A stretch of 63,991 nt of DNA, filler included, from Blastocystis sp. subtype 4 (lineage: Eukaryota), in assembly GCF_000743755.1 (NCBI RefSeq). It is 23 parts of 23 records of this genome, joined end to end, with 100 filler letters (N's around TTAATTAATTAA, not from the genome) between each part and the next. Parts side by side here need not be neighbours in the genome. Positions count along the whole stretch, not along the records: positions 51,172 to 53,703 come from NW_014568887.1; positions 53,804 to 56,328 come from NW_014568886.1; positions 56,429 to 59,039 come from NW_014568885.1; positions 59,140 to 61,661 come from NW_014568884.1; positions 61,762 to 63,991 come from NW_014568847.1; 18 more parts are not named here. The stretch is one strand, 5' to 3'. Position numbers and translations under genes: made by a program. The notes under the pieces are model-generated. The model was not told the DNA's origin. It did no database searches and saw only the letters and a list, made by a program, of their open reading frames with translations. Positions 52,677 to 63,991 of this stretch are shown in pieces; position 1 is the stretch's first letter, and every line of letters begins with the position of its first letter.

Positions 52677-54034
52677 GGACTTCAACTGCAAGAGTTTACA
52701 AAGGACAATACCTCTTCCTATAGAGTGAGAAACAACAGAAGAAGAAATACTTTACAAAAAATAGGTAAGCAAACGTTCTGTTAAAACAAAACAATGAATG
52801 CAAAACGAAGTGAGAAGGTGGAAACAGATCTGTGGTTTTATACGGGAATATAATACAGCTACCACAATCCTCCGTCAATGAAACTCCATACACATTGTAA
52901 AGTGATTCTATAATAAGGATACAAACCTGGAATTTCGATACTTTCATTGGCGCACACAAACATACTGCGTATTGGCAAATGGAGTGATAATAGTGTTATA
53001 TTGTGGATCAGACTGTATGCTCGCCTCATGTTTACCCTTTTTTGGATCTCACTCGTCAATGTTGCAACGTGTTAGAGATGTGACACAAATCCTGAATAAA
53101 ATTCTGAATAAAATTCTGAAATGGCTTAAAAGGCCATATTTTTTAATTCTAGCGATGTGGGAATGGTAGGATACCTGTCTCATGGAATTACATAATTTAT
53201 CGAGATTCAGATCCTATTGCTAAGTTTCAAAGGAGTAAGGTATGAGTAGAAACATTGCTTAAATGGGGGTCGTAAACACACTTGAATCTGAGATACTCTT
53301 TGTAGAGTACCCATAGAGAGACATTTGATAATTTGAGATAATCTAGAGGATGGGTATCTCATTGAAATCTATGTCATGATGTATCATTACCAAATTATAC
53401 TTATTAAACTTAGAGAATAGCAGAGATAGAAGCGATGACAAATCAGTTTTTGGCATCACTGACTAAATCAACGGTATCATTCAGAAAGGGGATCTTAAGT
53501 GTCCGACAGCATTAGAGAACTGGGCATTGAAGTGACATGAGTAGTTTTTGGTTTGTTACAGTAAAGAAACCACGGTTCTACCACTCTGTTGGCGGAAACG
53601 ATATTAATCACATTTCAAATCGTTCTAACTTTCTGATGGCTCTTGTTTTACCTGCCGCAGAATATACACGTCTTCCAAAATACGATTCTGATGAAGGTGC
53701 GATNNNNNNNNNNNNNNNNNNNNNNNNNNNNNNNNNNNNNNNNNNNNTTAATTAATTAANNNNNNNNNNNNNNNNNNNNNNNNNNNNNNNNNNNNNNNNN
53801 NNNTCTTCAAAACACAACTTTCTTTCATTCTTTCATATTTCATTCATATTCACATTTCTATTCGAATCATACTATCCAAACAACCTCACTCACACTTCTC
53901 TCTCTTCTCATCTTATCTATCACCAACCTAATCATCTTAGGCTGGTTTTCAATTCTTCGTTCCATTCTTTACTCATCCCTTTCAATGATGGATTATCACT
54001 TCATTCACTTATGGATAGTAGATAATCATGTTGA

Positions 54035-54453
54035 TAGACTTGATTGTTCTTAACTTTCCTGAGGAGACATCTTCATCTACTCAAGCTCTAATGTGTATTC
54101 TTATTCTTCTCTATCATGTTAGAACTATGTTCTCTTGTGATGATTCTGGTATTCATCATCTACTCTCATTGAGACAATGTCTCTTTGAGAAGGGTCTCAT
54201 CGAGATACTCGGTCACCATTAGGACATAAGTTCTGAAGGTGAAATGGTACCATTCTCAGGGAAGCTTCGTGTTGCCAGGGTGTATGGTTGATTTCCATGA
54301 AGAAGTCACCCTACTATTCTCCAAGAGGAATAATGGTTGGGTTCATGAGCTGTCAAGCAATCACTCCACACTTGGTCTACTCAAGAAACATTCCGAGGCC
54401 TTAATGATATAGACGTTAAGTGCCCTCTAGGGCATCTAAGTAGTGTTTATAGT
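54035..54453 (+). repeat. Unclassified dispersed repeat, copy 2
   Basis: Homologous to 3690-4070 (FPE..QAL..YHVRT.FSCD; RGLN..DVKCPLGHLSSVYS). Confidence 0.75.
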
Positions 54454-54654
54454 GTTTAATCTTAACAACAACCCTTCTACTTCATTGTTAACAAACAGAT
54501 CCAATTCACTAGAATATTGCACAACAACTATCATTCTTTTGTGGATAATCAGTCACATCCAGTGGTGGATCAACAGGATTAATAACAGAATAAACAACAG
54601 GATTAATAACATGATCCAAATGATTAATAATAGGATCATGTAACTTCCTCTGTT

Positions 54655-56328
54655 CAATGAATCGATCAAGAGAATCAGCATCTCATCATTATCAATCAGT
54701 TCATCATACTTGAGCTATACAATTCTTTCACCTCCCTAAATACATCCTCTCTCATTTGTATCCCTTCTGAAGTGAGTGATGGAATGTCTAATTCAAATCC
54801 AATCATCAATCATTACTATTCAATGTCACCTTGCCTATCCTAATGAAATTATAACCTTCTCCTTTGAATGTAGATAGAGAAGGAAGATCTGATCAATCAA
54901 TCATCCATTCAATCATTCATACTATTCATTTCCAATCTATTCAAATATGAAGAATAAGGATTAGGACGATACATATGACCTGGAATCGGATCTCATTCAA
55001 TCATTCATACTCTTCGGTTTGCATTCATAACCACATAGAGCTCCATATTCAAGAGTGATGGATTGAAGTTGAGTCAGATCTCATTCATCATTCATTCAAT
55101 CATTCATACTCTCAAATACTATTGAATGACAATCATTGAATGCTTTATAACCTATTTCAATACTAATGAGAGAAGGAAAATCCGAGAGAGTGAATGACTC
55201 CTTTTCATTTCCTACTTCTCGTTGAATCACAATTGATTTAACAGAATTAGAAATCTGTTTCATTTGATCAATTCTTGATATCCAGAGTACTGATGGATAA
55301 AGAGATAATAAATGTTTAGATGGAGTTACCTTACTATTCATATTCAAGGGCATCAGCATCTCAATCATTATCAATCAATCAGTCATACTTGAACTATGCA
55401 GTTCTTTCACATTCTCAAATGCATAACCTGTTAGACTCATTCTTTCTCTTTCTCCAACAACTGGTGGAATGAGAGGGAATGGGGGAATGTCTAATTCAAA
55501 TCCTATCATCAATCATACAACGGGGCTGGTACTGGACAGGACCGGATTCATTAATATAAATACCAGCATAAGTGAGTGATGGAATGTCTAAGTCAATCAT
55601 CAATCATCAATCATTACTATCCAATATCACTTTACCTATCCTACTGAAGCTATGATCTCCTTTGAATGAAGATAGAGAAGGAAGATCTCATCAATCAATA
55701 TCATTATCATTCATACTCTTCATTATCAATTCATTTGATTTAACAGTTTCATATTCACCATATAGAGCTCCATATTCAAGAGTGATGGATTGAAGTCGAA
55801 TCAGATCTCATTCATCATTCATTCAATCATTCATACTCTCAAATACTATCAAGTGACTCCAAAAGAATGCATAATTATCCAACTGAATGGATATGAGAGA
55901 AGGAAGATTCTTCAATTCTAATGATTCATACTCATAGAATGAATCCTCTCCAATATGGATTTGTTTCAATTGATCACAATTCATTATCAAACATTTGCTT
56001 CCTTCTCTCAGTTTATCACAATTCATTATCAACCATTCGTTTCTATAACTAGCATTCCAATTAAGATAGAAGCTATTCTGTCCAATAGTGATAGTTTCCA
56101 ATTCATTCAATCCATCAATAACAAATCGAGTCACTTTATCAAAACAATGATATCCAATCACAATTTGTTTCAATGATATCAATGAATTGTTCAGTATCAA
56201 TGATGATATATCAGGATTGAAATGATCAACAATAATCAGAGATTCAATACAACTAGTAACAATCAATTCACAATCATCAATCCATTTCATTCTCATATCA
56301 TCATTAACATCAATAACAACATCATCTT
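54655..56328 (-). pseudogene. Two tandem LRR-like family C-terminal modules, rearranged
   Basis: IDGLNELETITIG..KCLIMNCDQL..ELKNLPSLISIQL exons with the family's characteristic 30-nt introns. Confidence 0.65.
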
Positions 56329-56428
56329 NNNNNNNNNNNNNNNNNNNNNNNNNNNNNNNNNNNNNNNNNNNNTTAATTAATTAANNNNNNNNNNNNNNNN
56401 NNNNNNNNNNNNNNNNNNNNNNNNNNNN

Positions 56429-59039
56429 CTGACAGTATTCCAATCACTTGACACATCACTCTGTATCACCTTCCAATCTGTGTATTCAATCTGGAAAGGG
56501 AAATACGTTGAGAACACACTTGATACAGTCACAGGTCTTCTTCCACTATTCATTTCCATGATATCCAATTCCATTTCTCCAACATCAACAGTCAGAGTGT
56601 AACCACTTCCTACAGCCCATCCATCACCATATGAATCAGATCCTTCAAATGTGTAGATACCATCATCCAAACAGAAATCAACATAGTAATAATCATAAGA
56701 TACAGGGAACTCGCTTACAGATCTCAATACAGTTCCTGAGGTTCCTCTTCCTTCATACAGTTTCCATGAATTCTGATTGGGAATAGAATCAGCGTAGATA
56801 CGAACAGTCATCAATCCCTTGCCTCCAGTACATATGATAACTGATAGAGAGATAGTGGCAGTCACATCTCCTCCACTTATCTTAGTAGCAGTGATCGTGT
56901 AGGTTTGAGTACCATTCCCAGAAGTGGCAGTACCTGAAATCCAACCAGAATAAGGATCCAACACAATACCATCAGGAAGAGAAGGATTGATTCTGAAGTT
57001 GAAATAACCATCATTATTCTGAGGAATCACTTCAGCCATCTCAACATTCTTGAATACAGTGACTGAAGAATCATAAGTGAAGTTAGGAATATCAGCCAAC
57101 ACATTATCAGATTGAATATACCAGGTACAGGAAGAAGGATCACCAGTACCCATATTCTCAAACTTGAATTGATTGTAAGGAGTATTGTTAGGGAAATAGA
57201 TTCTTCTCTTCTGACCAGCAGTTGAGTAAGTGAGACCAGTGACATTGGTCAGAAGTGTCCATTCATCTGTATCTGAGTTACGACCATACAGATTGAATTC
57301 AGTTACCCATTGATTTCTATGGGAACCATAGTTCTGAATCTGAACAGAACTGATCCATTCACGACGATTGTTTGATAGAGTCAAAGTCAGAGAATTGGCA
57401 GCACAGGATGAAGAGTAGATAGTTGTTCCAGAATACATATCAAAAGGATTCGTTGCATCTCCATACATTCCAGAACCAGTAGATGTAGCAGTGAATTCCC
57501 AGATATGAGATTCAGATTGTTCTGATGACATCAAACGAACAATTGCATCGAAATAGGATGTGAGTTGAGTATCATCAATAGCAACAATCGCAATAGCAAT
57601 CGTGTTGATTCCAGATTGAAGGAATGTCACTGGAGTGGTTACTGTTGAAGTCTGAATCTGTTTGCCTGGAAGAGTTACAACATAGTACTTCAAATCAGTA
57701 TATGAATTGTCAACAGTGGATGAAGTGGACAAATCTCCAATCACTCCATTTCTCCATGCTTTATTTCCATTCAAATACACAATCACTCCATATCTGTATC
57801 GAATCGATACAATCAATCCAGACACTTCATTCAATGAGGCAATGTTGAATGTCTTCTTGTACAACTGAATACGATTTGTAGAANAGGGAATGATCCTCTA
57901 GCAGCCTGAGACCAACCTGATGTATCATCACCAAACCAATTGGTAGGCACTTCACCCATCTTATAATACCATTGTTCTGAATGATTGATGACAGGACGAC
58001 GAACATAATGATGATGAACATTATTCTGCTTTGCATCATATCGTCCTTTCACAACCATCTCTTGCTCACCATTAGGTAACATGGCATACAAATAGAAATA
58101 GGAGTACTTATCCCAATCATTATAACGAAAATAGAAGGTAACATCAAATTGATCAACAATGATACAGAGATGATGAATCCACTTAACAAACTTGGGATGT
58201 GAATGACCTGAATTGATCTGGTAGATAATACTCTCATTAGATGTATCACGAATACTAAAATACTCATATTGAGGATAATCAGCATATGTTCGTTCAATCC
58301 TATAGACAATTCCAGAACAGTGAATGAATGTGAGATTGAGAATAGATTGAATAGGAGGAGTGACCATTGTTGATGTGACAGTATACTGTTGTGAACCAAG
58401 AGAATGAGATACACCAGAGATGATACAAGTGTTGGGATCAATACTCATTCCATNAGGAAGTGAAGGCTGAATCGAACAATCACTGTATCCATATTGAATC
58501 GGACTAATAGAGATCTGTTCATAATCCTTGTAGAATGAGTATTCTGTTTCAGGATACTCAATACTACTCACAGAAGGACGATTACAAACAAGGAATTGAA
58601 GCTCTAATAAGTGAACTTCACCATGGTACGAATCGGCAGTGAATCGAAGAAGAGGATATCTGTGAGGAAGAGAAACAAGATCAAACTGTTTCCATTCAAT
58701 TGATGTGTAACCAACATTGGATGGAGAGAGAATCATGTTCCAAGAGTCATCAGTTGATACAGATCCTTCAATAGAGAATGAAGAAGGATACTCCTAAAGT
58801 AGAACCGATAAGAACTGATGAGTGGAATAGAAGAACTAGAGAAATCAAACATCATCGAACTTGGAAACCAAGAAGTAGATGCATACCAATAATAATCCCA
58901 ATCAATAGCACCACTAGGATTAGAGAAGTCAGTAGAAGAGGCAGTAACAGGATAAGGATAAACGAAGCAATTGTTGGTTGAACTCATTCCAGCCAATAAA
59001 GATAAGAATCCATTGAATTGAATGATCTCTTCATGATTT
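56429..59039 (-). CDS. Ig-repeat surface protein, internal fragment with frameshifts
   Basis: Continuous homology to 24591-26536 and beyond (YRYGVIVYLNG, LPDGIVLDPYSGWISG, DSYGDGW). Frame breaks near 57880 and 58740-58800. Confidence 0.8.
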
Positions 59040-59139
59040 NNNNNNNNNNNNNNNNNNNNNNNNNNNNNNNNNNNNNNNNNNNNTTAATTAATTAANNNNN
59101 NNNNNNNNNNNNNNNNNNNNNNNNNNNNNNNNNNNNNNN

Positions 59140-59904
59140 ATATGTCTATGATATCTGGTGCTTGTGAGAAATCAACTGAACATGATGATTGTATATGGAA
59201 ACATCCAAAACTTGAAACTGCATTTGATATTGAGTATTCAGTATATTGCATTTGATTAAGCATAGCGATTATGTCAGCTAGAGTATAATATCCTTTCTCA
59301 AATAATCAGATTCTCCTTTATCATTAGATACAGTATTGGTTTGATCAATGTTTGAAAATAGTGCAGTAGAAGTAGGCGTTAATAGTACTTTGATGATAGT
59401 AATGTATGGATTTTTAAAACGGTAAGGATTATCCCATGTGAATGATCCATTTGATGGTTTACCTTGAATGATTATTGAGTAATGCATTTACTTTAACAAC
59501 AAATTATTTGTGCTACATTGTTAGTCATTGTTGACCATTATGATATGCAAAACTTATGTTCATAGTTCAGACATTATTAGTCAGCCGTAAGGCGTTGCTA
59601 GAAAATAAACGACAATATTCTTGTTCTTATTCTTATCCATTGTTGACCATTATGATAATAGATGTAAAACTTTTGTGCTTGATTGTTGCCCATGATTTGA
59701 CTTGAAATGGGTTGGATATGTTTCCAAATTATTATCAAAATGTCTGCCTTTTCGAGCTTCTTTATGGGCCTTTTTGTCTGCATTTTCGTGGCGATTTTGT
59801 CTGGTAGGGTTAAGCGTGTATAGCTACCCAGGGTTGGAGGCCCATGTTTGCGACAGTTTGTCTGGATGTTAAGAATACGTAACATGCGTCAAAACACTAC
59901 TACT
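59140..59904 (-). mobile_element. Polinton-like element end: TIR with AGTAGTAGT terminus and penton-like ORF 5' part
   Basis: Plus strand ends ..AACATGCGTCAAAACACTACTACT at 59904. ORF from 59487 reads MHYSIIIQGKPSNGSFTWDNPYRF..(fs)FEKGYYTLADIIAMLNQM..VDFSQAPDIIDI. Confidence 0.72.
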
Positions 59905-60859
59905 ATTGTAAAACAAGCTGAAAGGTGAAAGATGATGTATCGATTAGAAAAGTCCAAGGAAATCTCAAAAATGAAAACGACTCGCATTTGATCTCCCATT
60001 TTGTGTTTTGAAACAGTTATCGAATATGATTGACACCAGATACTTAACCAAACCACTTAAATCATCATCAAGTTAGTAATCACACCTATGGTGTATTTGA
60101 TCCCTAATCAAACTACGATCCCATCTCCAGATTCTTTGACACCTTATAACTGCCTATATCCCTTGTTTCTATCAGTATTATGCACAAAATATTAACAATT
60201 ACTATTTAAGATTGTTGAACATTATCATCTGCACTATCTTCTATGTTTATCATTCAGTTATGTTTATCTAGCTCATGAATACTATTGTCATATACCTTAC
60301 GATGTGATGGAGGTATGTAGTGCCTCCCTTTCTCCCAAACGCAGGCCTTTGAAAACAGTACTATGTCATTGAGGCTTTCTTGATTTGATAGACCATTTGG
60401 ATCTGTTGTTTGTGTTCAAGCTCAGCAATCACTTCCGAAATGTACTTGTTCATTCTATCAGTAGGACATCAAGTAGTACTCATTGCGCTTAATGAATGTA
60501 AGAATGAGTGCATTCACTGTGTACGTGACAAATGGTGTCATTATCTACTCTTGAAAGTGAACGACCCAACGCTTGTCAGCAATTGGCTCGAAATGAGAAA
60601 ACAGAGCTCACTTTTGATACTTTCTTTCGACTGTCTGCCGAAGAAGTAACTAGTATCAGTTCATCCCATTATCTTGTAAAACAAAGAATTTACTAGTTAA
60701 TTACTAACATCTGTGTGTCGATTTCTCTTTAAGCTTATTCTCGATTCATTATTTCGTAGATTAGTACTCTCTAGTGTGAACTGATAGATAGTATTAGCAC
60801 TAGAATCAGTACTAGAGGGATCTGACTTTTGTATAATCCTCCTATTCTTTCGTAACTTG

Positions 60860-61661
60860 GCACTCTTCTGTCGAATAAATCGATCAAGAGAATTAGCATC
60901 TTAATCCTTATCAATCAATCAATCATACTTGAACTATGCATTATTTTAACTCTACTGAATGCACCACCTTTTATCAGTATCCCTTGTTCAGTGAGTAATG
61001 GGATGTCTAATTCATATTTAATCATCAATCATCACTCTCCAATATCACTTTGCCAATAAACCAGAAATTGTATTCACTTCCTTTGAATGTAGATAGAGAA
61101 GGGAGATCTGATCAATCAATCATCACTATCAATCATACTCTTCATTATCAATTCATTCCTTTCAACAGTATCTTTATTACAACTAAGAGTTCGTGACCCA
61201 AGAGTGATGGATTGAAGTCGAGTCAGATCTCATTCATCAGTCATTCAATCATTCATACTCTCAAATACTATCCTATGACACCACTCGAATGTATTACTAT
61301 CCCATTGAATGGATATCAGAGATGGAAGATTCTTCAATTCAAATGATTCATATCCATGGAATGATTCATATCTAAAGTGGATTTCATTCAATTGATCACA
61401 ATTCATTATCAAACATTTGCTTCCTTCTCTAATCTTCGCATCAAGATAGAAACTGTCTCTTCCAATGATGATAGTCTCCAATTCATTCAATCCATCAATC
61501 ACAAATCGATCTACTACTGTGAAACAATCATGTCCAATCTCAATTTGTTTCAATGATATCAGTGAATAGTTCAGTATCAATGATGATATATCAGGATTGA
61601 AATGATCATCAATAATCAGAGATTCAATACAACTAGTAACAATCAATTCACAATCATCAAT
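60860..61661 (-). CDS. LRR-like family C-terminal module
   Basis: Paralogue of 55823-56296 and 61798-62232. Confidence 0.7.
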
Positions 61662-61761
61662 NNNNNNNNNNNNNNNNNNNNNNNNNNNNNNNNNNNNNNN
61701 NNNNNTTAATTAATTAANNNNNNNNNNNNNNNNNNNNNNNNNNNNNNNNNNNNNNNNNNNN

Positions 61762-62643
61762 TTCAAAGATGATGTTGTTATTGATGTTAATGATGATATG
61801 AGAATGAAATGGATTGATGATTGTGAATTGATTGTTACTAGTTGTATTGAATCTCTGATTGTTGATGATGGTTTCAATCCTGACATATCATCATTGATAT
61901 TGAACAATTCATTGATATCATTGAAACGAATTGACATTGGCAAGAAGTGTTTTGAGAAAGTGACTCGATTTGAGATTGATGGATTGAATGAATTGGAGAC
62001 TATCAATATTGGACAGAACAGCTTTATTATCAGTTGGAACAGTAGGTTCGGAAGCAAATGTGTGATAATGAATTGTGATCAATTGAGAGAAATCCACGTT
62101 CTTGAGTTCTCTTTTGGAAATTATGAATCACTGGAACTGAAGAATCTCCCTAATCTGAAATTCACTCAATTAGGAGGTTGTACATTTAGCAGCTATTGTC
62201 AAACAATAGTATTTGAGAGTATGAATGATTGAATGAATGATGAATGAGATCTGATTCGACTTCAATCCATCTCGTTGGATTACTGTTCTCTTTATGGTAG
62301 TACTGATACCAGTGAATCGAATGTATTGATAATGAAGAGTATGAATGATAATGATGATTGATTGATCAGATCTTCCTTCTCTATCACTGATCAAAGGAGT
62401 TGATCATAATCTCAGTTGGATAGGCAAAGTGATATTGGAGAGTGATGATCGATGATTGAGTTTGAATTAGACATTCCATCACTCACTTCAGAAGGGATTC
62501 AGTTAACTTATAATGCCTTTTATGAAGTGAAAGAACTGCTCTGTTCCAGTATGATTGAATGAATTGCTAATGATTGAGATGCTGATTCTCTTAGTCGATT
62601 CATAGAACATAAGAATACTCATCTGTTCACTCAGAAGTCTTAG
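61762..62643 (+). CDS. LRR-like family C-terminal module with four ~30-nt introns
   Basis: SLKRIDIGKKCF..IDGLNELETINIG..KCVIMNCDQLREI, followed by short exons. Confidence 0.72.
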
Positions 62644-63991
62644 ATTCATCTTCTGATATACTCATTATAACAGTTATACTTATGTCTTCATTATCATAGT
62701 CGTTCAACCTTCTTTTTCACCACAGATATCGTTTTTTTCAGATGAATCAACAAGTAAATGCTTCTATGTTTCATCTGGATTGTACATTATTACTTGCTAG
62801 GTATCTATAGTATTTATTATTCATGGAGTGTGAAATAATCTGGGAGTGTGATCGATTTGTTCCAAATCTGATTGTATGTAGTACTCCGTCTCCATAATCA
62901 TACAGAACATTGTACGAAGATACGGTTATTAAGTGTAGTATTCAGAATCAAAGCATTTAGTCTATGCAGTCCGAATAGAGGAAGACAATAATCGATTTCG
63001 TCTGGTGTTATTGTGTATTGAAATGATGTTTCTATCACAGGTAACTTAGACAAATAGACCAAAGGATAAAAGAAATTGTTCAATTCTGTTAATGCGTCAT
63101 ACTTGTACCGTCAATTCTTAACTAAAATGGTATTCACAGAAGGTAATATGGAACCGAGTCATTTATAATTAACATAGTTCTAACAAGATCAAAACGAACA
63201 ATAGCATATGTCATAATCCTTCTATCATTCATCAACAGAGAGATTATCAACACAACTCCACAACAGTCAATCCAAGTTGAGATAACCATAAAGAAAAGAC
63301 TGAGACAAGGGTATGAATAGCTTCAGAAAGAATTTGATCTACGAATCCGAAAAGGTTATGTGAACCAATAGTTATATTAGAGATAAAGGATCGATACAAC
63401 CGTAATCTATCATGGATCATTCTTGAAGTTGAGATCATTCCGACAGAGAGAAGTATATGTCCAATGCAGTAGTAACGAATCCAATTCGATTTGTAATAAA
63501 CAACATCCTGGAATGAAGAAATCCATAGAATTGTCTTTAGATAAATCAAAGTAGAAATCGCTTCGACCCCACTTTCATACTATGAAATGTCAACATTCAC
63601 AGAATCGGCACAACAAAATAATACTTGATGACAAACAATCAGAAAATGATTCGATAAGGGTGATAAGCAATGTCCACTAGGATTCATTTGACATATCGGC
63701 CGTTTTCATTCTCATAAAAGCATAATCAGATAAATTATACTAACGATATCGATATGAAGCCAAAATACATGAGATTGATGAATTGAATTGATTCCCGTGA
63801 ATCAATTATGTGTAAGAAGAATGCAACAATAATTGTTACTTTTTAGTAAGAATTAATGAGTAATATTAAGAGAATTAGAGTAAGTAACATACAATCGATA
63901 TCAAAGAAGATGAATGGAGTAGAATGGAGAATGAAGTGGAAAGAGTACTTGAAAGAGAGTGTATTGAATGATAATAAGAATTGTATGTTGA

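Noticed and set aside
53537..53703. Possible V-ATPase subunit C N-terminus (MSSFWFVT)
   Set aside because: Too short and truncated, and similarity does not extend convincingly.
54570..54640. 12-bp tandem repeat (AACAGGATTAAT-like) encoding RINN
   Set aside because: Short degenerate minisatellite with no spacers and no sign of function.
59598..59885. 95-aa ORF across the element end
   Set aside because: Lies within TIR and subterminal repeats and is not conserved as a frame in other copies.

Overview
This window is not one locus. It is about 24 short (roughly 2.5-4 kb) contigs joined by an artificial N-run/TTAATTAATTAA/N-run linker. The DNA is eukaryotic and looks like Blastocystis: GT-AG introns of about 30 nt, TGTTTGTT elements at gene 3' ends, and expanded legumain, Ig-repeat and MORN/LRR families. 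Housekeeping genes include an ENTH/epsin, an SCP phosphatase, eS1, the actin 3' end, a RanBD protein, H3, RFC3, TRAP-beta, CDC5L, GCV-T, SPB1, RpiA, a CELF-like RRM protein, PDI, tRNA-Trp and three 5S rRNA copies. The most interesting signal is a dispersed family of decayed Polinton/Maverick-like (virus-derived) elements. They have imperfect terminal inverted repeats ending in AGTAGTAGT and carry remnants of several paralogous ORFs that resemble penton/minor capsid proteins. One copy is a roughly 970-bp miniature with both ends (20108-21073). Other points of interest are stop codons apparently created by polyadenylation, 5S genes co-duplicated with a surface-protein gene, modular shuffling in the Ig-repeat surface proteins, legumains with a rewired S1 pocket, and a second unclassified repeat with an invariant palindromic end. 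All assignments were made by eye and no searches were run.
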